In this document: piece by piece, positions 26,668 through 35,819 of the stretch | Numbering within the stretch: the stretch's first letter is position 1 | How the letters are laid out: every line of letters begins with the position of its first letter | DNA from: Candidatus Wallbacteria bacterium GWC2_49_35 | Lineage (GTDB): Bacteria > Muiribacteriota > UBA9980 | DNA length: 64,000 bases | Direction of reading: 5' to 3' | Assembly: GCA_001791795.1 (NCBI GenBank) | Contig: MGFH01000157.1 | Location: forward strand, 383-64,382 | Translations under genes and position numbers: made by a program | Notes under the pieces: model-generated | Databases searched by the model: none | What the model saw: only the letters and a program-made list of their open reading frames with translations | What the model was told of the DNA's origin: nothing

Positions 26668-28211
26668 TGGATGCGAAAAAATATAGAATACTGCTTACAG
26701 ACGCCCCCGAAAATCTGTCGTTGTGGTTCAACGGCACTATCCCTTCCCCGGCGTTGTCGATACTGGCGGCCTGCGTAAAAAACGATTACGATCTGAAGAC
26801 GCTGGATCTGAGCATCGAGAAAAATCCATGGGAGAAGCTGAAGAATACGCTGAACGAGTTTAAACCTCATCTGGTGGGCGTTTCGTGTACTCATACCTGC
26901 CAGCTGAACGAGGTCGTGGCGGAGTTAAAGATAATACGCAAATTCGCCCCGGGAGCGCTTAAAGTAGCGGGCGGCATAATATTTTCGGTCTTTTACGAAA
27001 AATATCTTCGCGAAGGCTCGATCGATCTCGCCGTGATAGGCGAAGGCGAGACGACTTTCAGGCAGCTCACGAAAGTGTTGGCCGGACGGAAGGACGAAGA
27101 TGAAGGCGCTGGAATGCCCGCGCCGGTTAAAATATCGGCGTCGAAGGCTCTCGCGGACGAACTGCGTGCGATAGACGGTCTTGCTTTTATGGCGAATAAC
27201 GAACTGGTGAAGGCCGCGCCGCGCGAGCTTTTAAAAAACCTCGACGAAGTGCCTTTCCCGGCTTACGAACTTTACCCGATGGCAAAGTATACCTCCCCCA
27301 CTTTTTGCGGCAGCAGAGCGTTTGGCGTAATATTCAGCCGCGGCTGCAATAACCGCTGCAAGTTCTGTTCCGAGGCGTACGAATGGAATTATACGATGCG
27401 CAAGCATTCGGCGAAATACGCGGTAGACCTTATAGAGCTGCTTTACACAAAATACGGCCGCGACATATTTGTAATAGGCGACACCGATTTTTTATTCGAT
27501 CGTTCATGGGTCCTCGAATTTATGGAACTGGTCTTCGAAAGAAAATTGAAGATCAAATTTCACATTCAATCCTGCTGCGGCAGCGTCATTAAAAACCAGG
27601 ACCTGCTGCCTGAATTAAAAAAGGCAGGCCTTTTCGAGATAATGGTAGGCGCGGAATCGCCTTTTTCGGACGTACTGAAAAATCTTAAAAAGCCTTATTC
27701 GAACCCCGAAGTGATCGACAGGACGATGAAGATAATAAAGGCAAACGGCCTTCTGCTGATGACGATGCTCGTGTGGGGCACCGAATACGACACTCAGAAG
27801 ACGCTTCACGAGGGCCTGAAATATTTCGACCGCTTTTCCGATTTCGTATGTCCCAGCCCGCTGACGCCCTATCCGGGCACGCCGCTATTCGACGAGATGA
27901 AGGAGAAGGGCAAAATATTTGTGACCGATTACGCGCTATACGATCAGGCGCACGTCATAATGCCTGCGGGAGATCTTGATTACGCTGCCACCAGGCGAGT
28001 TTATGAATTCGAATTGTTCAAGTTTTTCAATTTGAATTATAAGTTTTATTTGAAGATGTTTTCTAAAAATAAATTTTTAAGGCTGAACCAGCGCGCGTAT
28101 GTAAAACTTGTATGGATACATGCGTTCGAAAGTTTCGCGTCGCGTTTCGGCTTCTCGAAAAAATTGTTCCGGCACGAAGAATACGGTAAAGTGATGAGCC
28201 AAAGGAGTTAA
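26667..28211 (+). CDS. B12-binding-domain radical SAM protein, paralog 2
   Basis: ATG shares one nt with the upstream TGA (TGATG). Motifs: RILLTDAP...IPSPALSILAA, IGEGETTF, SRGCNNRCKFCSE, GAESPF, MLVWGTEYDT. Confidence 0.85.
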   Translation: MDAKKYRILLTDAPENLSLWFNGTIPSPALSILAACVKNDYDLKTLDLSIEKNPWEKLKNTLNEFKPHLVGVSCTHTCQLNEVVAELKIIRKFAPGALKVAGGIIFSVFYEKYLREGSIDLAVIGEGETTFRQLTKVLAGRKDEDEGAGMPAPVKISASKALADELRAIDGLAFMANNELVKAAPRELLKNLDEVPFPAYELYPMAKYTSPTFCGSRAFGVIFSRGCNNRCKFCSEAYEWNYTMRKHSAKYAVDLIELLYTKYGRDIFVIGDTDFLFDRSWVLEFMELVFERKLKIKFHIQSCCGSVIKNQDLLPELKKAGLFEIMVGAESPFSDVLKNLKKPYSNPEVIDRTMKIIKANGLLLMTMLVWGTEYDTQKTLHEGLKYFDRFSDFVCPSPLTPYPGTPLFDEMKEKGKIFVTDYALYDQAHVIMPAGDLDYAATRRVYEFELFKFFNLNYKFYLKMFSKNKFLRLNQRAYVKLVWIHAFESFASRFGFSKKLFRHEEYGKVMSQRS

Positions 28212-28214
28212 ATT

Positions 28215-29717
28215 ATGAAAGTGTTATTTTTAGATCCTATCCATAAAGTGTGGGAGTTTTTCAGGGGCCTGACGGCAAATCCTGCGCTGATCTATCTCAC
28301 CGCGGTAGCGCGCCGCGATTTCAACATAAAGGTTTATGACGCTTACGGCGAAACCAGCAGGCCGTGGAACAAAACAGCCGAATATCTCGCGAAGGAACGG
28401 CCGGACGTCGTCTGCATGCCGGGCTCGCTTCCGAGCTTCTGGTACGACGTTCTTAACGCCGGCCGCCTTATCCGCGAGATACTTCCAGAAGCGAAGATCG
28501 TCACCGGCGGCTACATTTCGAATCAACTTTGGCGCGAAGGCCTGAGCAGCGGCTACCTCGATTACATAGTCATGGGCGAAGGCGAGATTACCATGATGGA
28601 ATTATTGAAGTCCATAAACAGCGGCGCATCTGATATGTCGCAGATCGAAGGCCTGGCTTACCTTAAAGACGGAAAGCCTTTCCTGACGGCCGAGCGCGCA
28701 TTCATAGACGACCTCGACACGCTGCCGATGCCGGCGTTCGACCTGTTTCCGATGAACCGTTATTCGCTGGCGCCGTTCGGCGGTAATATTGGTTTTACCG
28801 CCAATTTTTCGCGCGGCTGCGTCGGCCGGTGCAAATTCTGCTCTGAAACGCTTCTCTGGCGGCACTGCCGTCGCGGCCACAGCGCGGAGTATATGCTGGA
28901 GGTTCTTTCGACGCTTCGATATAAATACAACAAGCGCGTGTTTTATATAGGCGACGACGACTTTCTGCACGACCCCGATCGAATCGAAAAATTCACCGAA
29001 CTTGCGATTAAAACCAAACTCGACGTTAAGATGTGGATCCAGACCACATGCCGCAACGTCGTTAAACACGAGCGGCTTCTGGCCGGCCTTAAAAAGGCGG
29101 GCGTATATCAGGTGATGGTCGGCATCGAATCGCCCAAGCCGAAAGCCCTGCAAGTGCTTAACAAACCGCAAGACTTCGACATGGTCATGCGCGCGCTCGA
29201 AACACTCAAGCCGCACGAATTTATAATAATGGGCATGATGATGTGGGGAACTCCTTTTGACACGATGCAGGACCTGGTCGACAACCTCGAGTTCCTCAAC
29301 GAGCACTGCGACATAATCGGCCCTGACGCGGTCACTCCGTGGCCCGGAACGCCTTACTATGACGAGTGCGAGAAGATCGGCGCGATAGAGGTCCGCGATC
29401 TTACAAAATACGATATGACCAACTGTATAACGCGCACGGCGGAATTGTCGGCGATCGAAGCCGACTACTATTACAAAAAGACCGTCGGAAAGCATCTTAT
29501 GTTCAACAAAAAATTCCTTGGCAATTATTTATTTTCAAAAAAACCGCTCTACAGGACCTATGTGAATATGTTCGTTAAGATGGGCTGGAGCTTCTTCACA
29601 ATGAAACCGTGGACCCAGAAGAACTACCAGAGCTTCGAAGAATTCTTTCCTGAGTACCTGGCTAAAAAAGCGTCTTACCAGATGCAGAAAACCGGTGTTC
29701 TTACGAGAACGAAATGA
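28215..29717 (+). CDS. B12-binding-domain radical SAM protein, paralog 3
   Basis: 3-nt gap after paralog 2. Motifs: KVLFLDP...NPALIYLTA, MGEGEITM, SRGCVGRCKFCSE, GIESPK, MMMWGTPFDT. Confidence 0.85.
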   Translation: MKVLFLDPIHKVWEFFRGLTANPALIYLTAVARRDFNIKVYDAYGETSRPWNKTAEYLAKERPDVVCMPGSLPSFWYDVLNAGRLIREILPEAKIVTGGYISNQLWREGLSSGYLDYIVMGEGEITMMELLKSINSGASDMSQIEGLAYLKDGKPFLTAERAFIDDLDTLPMPAFDLFPMNRYSLAPFGGNIGFTANFSRGCVGRCKFCSETLLWRHCRRGHSAEYMLEVLSTLRYKYNKRVFYIGDDDFLHDPDRIEKFTELAIKTKLDVKMWIQTTCRNVVKHERLLAGLKKAGVYQVMVGIESPKPKALQVLNKPQDFDMVMRALETLKPHEFIIMGMMMWGTPFDTMQDLVDNLEFLNEHCDIIGPDAVTPWPGTPYYDECEKIGAIEVRDLTKYDMTNCITRTAELSAIEADYYYKKTVGKHLMFNKKFLGNYLFSKKPLYRTYVNMFVKMGWSFFTMKPWTQKNYQSFEEFFPEYLAKKASYQMQKTGVLTRTK

Positions 29718-31234
29718 AGATATTATTTATCGATCCGCCTCATAAGCCGTGGGAGTTCTTTCCCGGCATAATGCCCTCGCCCGGTCTTCTTGCGATAATA
29801 CCGTCGGCGCAAGTTTTGAAATGCGTTGAAATTTCGGTTTTAGACCTGTCGCTCGAACTCGATCCGGTAACGGCGCTTATAATGGCGTGCAAAAAATTCG
29901 CGCCCGATGTCGCCGCAATTTCCGGCGCGAAGTCGGCGTTCGCGTATGAAACTTTAAACGCGGCCGCGCTGGTTCGCAAATACGCTCCCAAAGCGGTTCT
30001 GATCGGCGGCGGCAATTTTCTTTCGTCTTACGCCGACGAGGTCATCGAGCGCGGATATTTCGACGCTGTGGCTACCGGCGAGGGCGAAAAAGTTTTCGAA
30101 GAGCTGCTTTTGGCCATTGATGAAGACCGGATCGGCGATATCGCGAATGTCCCCGGTATAGCCTATATGAAAGAGTTTGCCGCTCAAGGCGGCGGCGCGT
30201 ACCGCAAAACTTTGCGAAAAGTTTTTTCGGAATTCGCCTTCGACGGCGCGGACGGGTTTTATTCGCCCGGCACGGCTTTCGGCGCCGAAAAAAGTTTCGG
30301 CGCCATATATAACCAGCCGGCGCCTCAGATAAAAGACCTTGATTCTCTTCCGATTCCGGCGTTCGAATGTTTCGACATGGATTCATACACGCTTCCTCCG
30401 CTCGGCGGCCGGGTGGGCTTCGTCACCAGCTTCAGCCGCGGCTGTGTTAAAAAATGCTCGTTCTGCGCCGATTCGGCATTCTGGGGCCACAAGTGGCGCG
30501 GTTACGGCGCGAAACGCTGCGTCGAAATACTTAAGATCCTCAGCAGCGCTTATGGCCGCCGCGTTTTTTACTTCGGCGACGGAGATTTCTGGCAGGACGA
30601 AAAACGTAACCTCGAATTTTTAGAGCTGCTTGAAAGCGAGAAAAAGCGAGGTTTCGAGATCAATTTCTGGATTCAGAGTTCCGTCGATAACATACTGGCG
30701 AACGGGCATTTGATCAAACGATACCGGGCCGCGGGCCTTTACCAGATAATGTGCGGTTTCGAAAGCGTTTCGGGCGCCGCGCAGCGGTCGTTCAAAAAGA
30801 TTATCGCCGTCGATAAGATGAAGGCCGTCTCGTCGCTTTTAAAAAAGAATGGTGTGCTTCTTATGGGAATGATGATGTGGGGCGATTATAACGACACCGC
30901 CGAAACGCTTGCTGAAAGCCTCGAGTTCATGGTGAAACACTGCGACGTTATCGGCCCTAACACGGTGCTCGCGCATTACAAAACGGCGTATTTCGAAGAG
31001 CGCGCCAGACGCCACGGCATAAGCAAATTCGATGTGCTCGAAAACGACCAGTGCGAGATAATATTTCCGACCGCGACCCTCGGCGTTGCGGAAGCCGCGT
31101 CGGTGTACCGCAACATGGTGCTGAAAACGCTCATATCCAAAAAGAAATTCATCGCCAATTACCTCGGCGTCAATAACGTGCGCGTAAAGAAGATAATGTC
31201 GGAATTGGCTGAAAAGGGTTTTGAAAAATATTGA
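29714..31234 (+). CDS. B12-binding-domain radical SAM protein, paralog 4 (most divergent)
   Basis: ATGA overlap with paralog 3. Motifs: KILFIDPP...MPSPGLLAI, TGEGEKVF, SRGCVKKCSFCAD, GFESVS, MMMWGDYNDT. Confidence 0.85.
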   Translation: MKILFIDPPHKPWEFFPGIMPSPGLLAIIPSAQVLKCVEISVLDLSLELDPVTALIMACKKFAPDVAAISGAKSAFAYETLNAAALVRKYAPKAVLIGGGNFLSSYADEVIERGYFDAVATGEGEKVFEELLLAIDEDRIGDIANVPGIAYMKEFAAQGGGAYRKTLRKVFSEFAFDGADGFYSPGTAFGAEKSFGAIYNQPAPQIKDLDSLPIPAFECFDMDSYTLPPLGGRVGFVTSFSRGCVKKCSFCADSAFWGHKWRGYGAKRCVEILKILSSAYGRRVFYFGDGDFWQDEKRNLEFLELLESEKKRGFEINFWIQSSVDNILANGHLIKRYRAAGLYQIMCGFESVSGAAQRSFKKIIAVDKMKAVSSLLKKNGVLLMGMMMWGDYNDTAETLAESLEFMVKHCDVIGPNTVLAHYKTAYFEERARRHGISKFDVLENDQCEIIFPTATLGVAEAASVYRNMVLKTLISKKKFIANYLGVNNVRVKKIMSELAEKGFEKY

Positions 31235-31283
31235 ACATAACTTGCCGTATAATATCGCTTAATGCGGCCAGATCGCGAACGGC

Positions 31284-32561
31284 GTGCTTTATGAACGGCA
31301 AGTGAAAGACGGCGCAATGAACGATAACGAATTCAAAGATAAAAGTATCAACGCCGGAGGCGCTGCCGGCGAGGCCGGAAAACTTCCGCCTGGCGGAGAT
31401 TCCGGTTATAAGAGCGGATATTATCTTCAGCTGTCCGAAGAGTTTTTCAAATATTCGTTTTTTTTGTTGTTCATAGTTTTTGGCGCGCTGTATTACCGCA
31501 ATTATATCCTCCCGCCCGATTACTCGCCGGTCAAGGCCGCCGGTCTCTTTTTCCTTATATATTTCGTATTCGGAATATTTTATATACTTCTGCCGCTCAA
31601 ACGCATGCTTTTTTCGAACCTTCAGATATACCGCAAAAAACTTAACCTGAACTCAAAATATGAACAACTCGTCAGTAAAGCTGTATCCCATACGCTGCAA
31701 AACCATGACGCGTCAGCGTTCCAGGCAGGAGCCAAATCTAAAACTGCCGCGCTTATAACCTGCCGGACCGATTATTACGTGGCCTTCGCGCCTTTCTTCC
31801 TTTCGCTCTGCCTGTCGGTCGCCGCCTTCTCGGTTTTCTCTGCCGTAAATGAAAACGCTTCAGCCGTTCGTTCTTTTAATTTGATAGCGGCGGCTTACCT
31901 TTTGATCGGTTTCGTTGCCGCACTCACGGGGTTCCGGCATTTTATCAACCGGCCCGATTCCACGCACCGTGGCTTTTTGCTGCTGATCCTGGTTTTGAAT
32001 TCGTTTTTTTCCGTATCGCTGTGCGTGAATTTTCCTTTATTCGCTCATTATAAAAATCTTCTGGCCATCGTAAATTTAATTATGCTCGGATATTTTTTGT
32101 ATTGCGTCCTTTATAAAGACGATCTGACGGCCTTCGTCAGAACGCCGGACCGCAATATTTACGTGATGTCCTTGAATTCGGCCGGCGGGGCGGTTCACGG
32201 TTTTGAAAAGATCGAGTTCGGAACTATCTGCAAATTCGTTCAAACTCCCTTCGCCATAGGCTTCACTATTTACGAGCGGGAGGACGAAACCGGTTTCGGC
32301 GGCCTATACTATTGCGATACTTCGAAAGAGGCCCTGGAAAAGGTTTTGGAAGTCTTCTCGGACCGCATCGCGGAAAAAGGCGAAACCCCGGCGGCGGAAG
32401 CCGGAGTTCCCAAAAATTCAGTGAATTTCTTCGAGCCTCTGAGCGTAGCCGCACTTGCCAGAAAATATGGTTCCGGCCAGACGCTGGTCCTGCTTGCAAT
32501 AAATATAGTTTCAGCCGCAATGTTTTATGAAATTTTCATGTTTCTGGCGGCCGGAAAATAG
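31284..32561 (+). CDS. polytopic membrane protein (about 8-10 TM) with a C-terminal soluble insert
   Basis: Many hydrophobic segments, e.g. FFLLFIVFGALYY, LFFLIYFVFGIFYILLPL, FFLSLCLSVAAFSVFSAV, LLLILVLNSFFSVSLCV, LIMLGYFLYCVLY, LVLLAINIVSAAMFYEIFMFLAA. ATG at 31318 (MNDNEF...) is an alternative start. Confidence 0.65.
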   Translation: MLYERQVKDGAMNDNEFKDKSINAGGAAGEAGKLPPGGDSGYKSGYYLQLSEEFFKYSFFLLFIVFGALYYRNYILPPDYSPVKAAGLFFLIYFVFGIFYILLPLKRMLFSNLQIYRKKLNLNSKYEQLVSKAVSHTLQNHDASAFQAGAKSKTAALITCRTDYYVAFAPFFLSLCLSVAAFSVFSAVNENASAVRSFNLIAAAYLLIGFVAALTGFRHFINRPDSTHRGFLLLILVLNSFFSVSLCVNFPLFAHYKNLLAIVNLIMLGYFLYCVLYKDDLTAFVRTPDRNIYVMSLNSAGGAVHGFEKIEFGTICKFVQTPFAIGFTIYEREDETGFGGLYYCDTSKEALEKVLEVFSDRIAEKGETPAAEAGVPKNSVNFFEPLSVAALARKYGSGQTLVLLAINIVSAAMFYEIFMFLAAGK

Positions 32562-32606
32562 GGAAATTTTTAACTGTTGAAAATCATGAACGCCGGTCAA
32601 AATATA

Positions 32607-32635
32607 TTGACAAAGTCCCGTTAATTATATAGTAT
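32607..32635 (+). promoter_or_regulatory. sigma70-type promoter in front of the response-regulator remnant
   Basis: TTGACA (32607-12), 17-nt spacer, TAGTAT (32630-35). A TATAAT follows at 32635-40. Confidence 0.45.
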
Positions 32636-32659
32636 ATAATTTGAGTCCTGCGGCTTAAC

Positions 32660-32882
32660 GTGCTTCTCGCCGAAGACGAGCAGGTTCGAAACCGCTGCCC
32701 GTATAAGGGAACTGGAAAAGAACTCCGGCGGTCGTGTGCCGATAATAGCGCTCACCGCTTACGCCATGCCGGGCGACCGCGAGAAATTCATCGCGGCCGG
32801 CATGGACGATTATATAACCAAGCCCATAAACGGGCCTCACGACCTGATAAGCGCCGTGGAAAAGCATCTTGGCCGCGGCTAG
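32660..32882 (+). pseudogene. decayed CheY-like receiver domain (internal deletion plus frameshift)
   Basis: The frame from GTG 32660 reads VLLAEDEQV (receiver beta-1), then turns Arg-rich. The +1 frame reads FETAARIRELEKNSGGRVPIIALTAYAMPGDREKFIAAGMDDYITKPINGPHDLISAVEKHLGRG* (receiver alpha3 to alpha5). The roughly 45 residues carrying the phospho-acceptor Asp are missing. Confidence 0.7.
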
Positions 32883-34273
32883 TCTTTCTGCCCCATTATC
32901 CTGGTTTTCGATAAAAATATAGGGTCGTTGCCGATATATGCCGGCTGGCCCGTCGCCTCGATAACGCTCAGCCAGAGGTTGCTTTCGGGATTGATCAGCT
33001 TTCTTTCGCGGGTCGCGGTCGCTATCGGCACGTGGGTGAAATGGTAATTCCAGATCCCTACGAGCATGTCGGTCTTGCCAGCCATGGCGGCGTGCACTGC
33101 ATTCTGCGCGAGCTGAGTGCAGAAGATCGAGTCCGAAGGTATCGGCGGCGCAGAGCGGATAATGTAACTCGGATCGATATATTTGATGTTAGCCTTGAAG
33201 TTGATGCTCTTAAAATATTTCGCTATATTGTCTTTCAGGAATATACCGATGTCGCCGAGCTTGGTGTTGCCCGACGAATCCTTGCCGCGCTCCGCCTCGC
33301 TGCCGAAGAAATGCTGGCCGGCGCCTTCAGCTACCACTATCACGGCGTGCCGCCTGCGCTCGAGCCTGGTTTTAAGAATGCTGTAAAGGCCGTGCGGGCC
33401 TTCCAGTTCGAACGGTATTTCAGGAACCAGCACGTAGTTTACGTCCTGCGATGCCAGGGCGGCGTTGGCGGCGATATAACCCGACTCGCGCCCCATGAGC
33501 CTTACGATGCCGATGCCGTTGAGCGAGTCGCGCGCCTCGGTGTGCGCCGACTGGATCGAATTGACCGCTATCGAGAACGCGGTTTCGAATCCGAAGGTCT
33601 TTTCGACGAAATTTATGTCGTTGTCTATCGTTTTCGGGACGGCTATTACCGATATAGTGAGCCCGCGGTTGAGGATCTCTTCGGCTATGAGGTGCGCCGC
33701 GCGCAGTGTGCCGTCGCCGCCGATGCAGAATAAGACGGATATGCCGAAATTCATCAGCCGGTCGACCATTTTATTGACGTCCTGATGGCCGCGCGACGAA
33801 CCCAGAAAAGTGCCGCCGGTATTATGGATGTCTTCGACCGTGTCGGGCGTCAGCAGTACAGGATCTATTCCCGATTCCTTGACCATGCCCAGATAACCGT
33901 ATCTGAAGCCGTAGATAGCGCGGCAGCTGTAACGGTAATATAACTCCATGACTATTCCGCGGATCACGCTGTTGATGCCGGGGCATAATCCGCCGCAGGT
34001 GACGATGCCGCATTTGATCTTTTCGGGGTCGAAAAATAATTTTTCGCGAGGCCCGGCAGCTTCGAACGTTATTAGATCAGACCAGCATGCGTTCTCGGCC
34101 GGAGTGCCCGATATTATCTGGCTCACTTTTTTAAGCGATATTTCGTGCAGAAACCTTTCGTCGTCGTTGGTGAAGTTGGAGACGAGATCGTCGTTGCTGT
34201 GCGACAGCGGGAGCGGGGATGGATGGGTTCTTTCGCCCAGGTTTTTTACTATGAAATCCTCGTTCTTGATCAT
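32879..34273 (-). CDS. pfkA: 6-phosphofructokinase, long (~460 aa) form, ATP-type by motif
   Basis: GIVTCGGLCPGINSVIRG; FCIGGDGTLRAA (GGDG rather than GGDD); VPKTIDNDI; MGRESGYIA. Confidence 0.8.
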   Translation of the reverse strand: MIKNEDFIVKNLGERTHPSPLPLSHSNDDLVSNFTNDDERFLHEISLKKVSQIISGTPAENACWSDLITFEAAGPREKLFFDPEKIKCGIVTCGGLCPGINSVIRGIVMELYYRYSCRAIYGFRYGYLGMVKESGIDPVLLTPDTVEDIHNTGGTFLGSSRGHQDVNKMVDRLMNFGISVLFCIGGDGTLRAAHLIAEEILNRGLTISVIAVPKTIDNDINFVEKTFGFETAFSIAVNSIQSAHTEARDSLNGIGIVRLMGRESGYIAANAALASQDVNYVLVPEIPFELEGPHGLYSILKTRLERRRHAVIVVAEGAGQHFFGSEAERGKDSSGNTKLGDIGIFLKDNIAKYFKSINFKANIKYIDPSYIIRSAPPIPSDSIFCTQLAQNAVHAAMAGKTDMLVGIWNYHFTHVPIATATRERKLINPESNLWLSVIEATGQPAYIGNDPIFLSKTRIMGQKD

Positions 34274-35580
34274 TTTTTCCTCCAGATTTTGCGAAGTTGC
34301 GATTTAACTTCGTAAAGCGCGCCGTTCTTGACGACGAATTTAACGTGGTTGACGCCGTAAGAGTAAGCGGTATAATTATACGACGGACCTTCTAAAACCG
34401 CCAGGTCGGCGAATTTTCCCGCCTCTATGGAGCCGCGCTCCGCCGCGATGCCTATGGCGTGGGCGGCGTTGATGGTGGCCATGTTGACCGCGGCCGCCGG
34501 CGGGACCTTCATCAGGCATACAGCCTGGTTGATGGCTGTCTGCATATTGATGCACATATTCGAGCCGGGGTTGGCGTCGGTGGCGAGCGCTATGGCTACG
34601 CCCTTTTTCATGAGCTTTTCGAAATCGAGGTATGTTTTCGACAGCAGGCTGTAGAGCGTTCCGGGCAGGGCGACCGCCACTACGCCCTTTTCCCTCATCA
34701 TTTCAAGGCCGCGGTCGCTGGCCATTAGAAGATGATCGGCGGATATCGCGCCGATACGCGCGGCGAGCTCGGCGCCTCCGCAGCATGTGATCTCGTCGGC
34801 GTGCACTTTCGGTATAAGCCCGTGCTTTTTGCCGGCGGCAAGTATCTTTTCGCCTTCCTGCGCAGTGAAAACCCCCGATTCGACGAACACATCGTTGAAT
34901 TTCGCCAGAGCGTGCCTGGCGACGTAAGGTATCACTTTATTAATCATTAAATCGATATATTCGCCGCGCCCGTCTTTATATTCGGGCGGTATGGCGTGCG
35001 CGCCCATATACGTAGCCACGATAGTGCACGGTGATTTTCCGGCCAGTTTTCTGCATACTTTAAGCGTCTTGATTTCAGCGTCGAAATCCAGGCCGTAGCC
35101 GGACTTGATCTCCATCGAGGTCGTGCCGTGCATGAACGCGCGTTCGACGCGAGCGGCGGTCTGGCTGTAAAGTTCTTTGAAATCTATATTTCTGACATAT
35201 CTGAGCGTGTTGAGTATTCCGCCGCCGGCGTTTAATATCTCCAGGTACGATCTTCCCTCGACGCGCATCGCGAACTCGTTCTCGCGGCTGCCGGCGAAAG
35301 CCATGTGGGTGTGAGGGTCTACGAAGCCCGGCGTTACCGTCATTCCGCTCAGGTCGAGCTCTTTTTCCGGCGCGATTTTATTGTCGGCGAGGTATTTTTC
35401 GATAGCCGCCGTAGCGCCGGTTTTAAGTATTTTTCCTTCGCTCACCAGCACCGCGCCGTTTTTAATTTCGCCGGCGTCGAGGAGCGCGGCGCCGGCTTTG
35501 GGCCTGCCGTCCGGGTTCGCACAGGTGGCCAGCGATGAGATATTCTTCAGATATAATTCACATTTTACAATTTTACTCAT
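34270..35580 (-). CDS. hutI: imidazolonepropionase-type amidohydrolase
   Basis: PGFVDPHTHMAFAGSRENEF...YLEILNAGGGI, ATYMGAHAIPPEY, VHADE and TDANPGS are collinear with HutI as I recall it. 4-nt overlap with pfk. Confidence 0.7.
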   Translation of the reverse strand: MSKIVKCELYLKNISSLATCANPDGRPKAGAALLDAGEIKNGAVLVSEGKILKTGATAAIEKYLADNKIAPEKELDLSGMTVTPGFVDPHTHMAFAGSRENEFAMRVEGRSYLEILNAGGGILNTLRYVRNIDFKELYSQTAARVERAFMHGTTSMEIKSGYGLDFDAEIKTLKVCRKLAGKSPCTIVATYMGAHAIPPEYKDGRGEYIDLMINKVIPYVARHALAKFNDVFVESGVFTAQEGEKILAAGKKHGLIPKVHADEITCCGGAELAARIGAISADHLLMASDRGLEMMREKGVVAVALPGTLYSLLSKTYLDFEKLMKKGVAIALATDANPGSNMCINMQTAINQAVCLMKVPPAAAVNMATINAAHAIGIAAERGSIEAGKFADLAVLEGPSYNYTAYSYGVNHVKFVVKNGALYEVKSQLRKIWRKK

Positions 35581-35754
35581 GCATTATGACCTTTCAATTC
35601 AATGATTTGACGCCGCTTTCAGTAGTTGTCTCACATGGAGTGATGGAGCTTTCGGCGCGTTTATTTAAGGTTAATAATAACATTTTACTACGCCGTTTTC
35701 AATCTTTTTTTATTAATAAAACCGCCGGTTGATGGCATTATTTATCAAATCGTC

Positions 35755-35784
35755 TTGACTTAACGGCTCCGGTTGTGATAAAAT
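35755..35784 (+). promoter_or_regulatory. sigma70-type promoter with extended -10
   Basis: TTGACT (35755-60), 18-nt spacer ending in TGA, TAAAAT (35779-84). Confidence 0.5.
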
Positions 35785-35819
35785 ATTTAAAATTCAAATC
35801 GATACAAGAGGTGGTTACA

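Noticed and set aside
25714-29495. Long minus-strand ORFs (25714-26469, 28602-29495 and smaller ones) inside the radical-SAM genes
   Set aside because: The plus-strand frames carry the CxxxCxxC and other family motifs and are conserved among four paralogs. The antisense ORFs are shadow frames.
33032-33733. 233-aa plus-strand ORF
   Set aside because: It is antisense to phosphofructokinase, whose catalytic motifs are clear on the minus strand.
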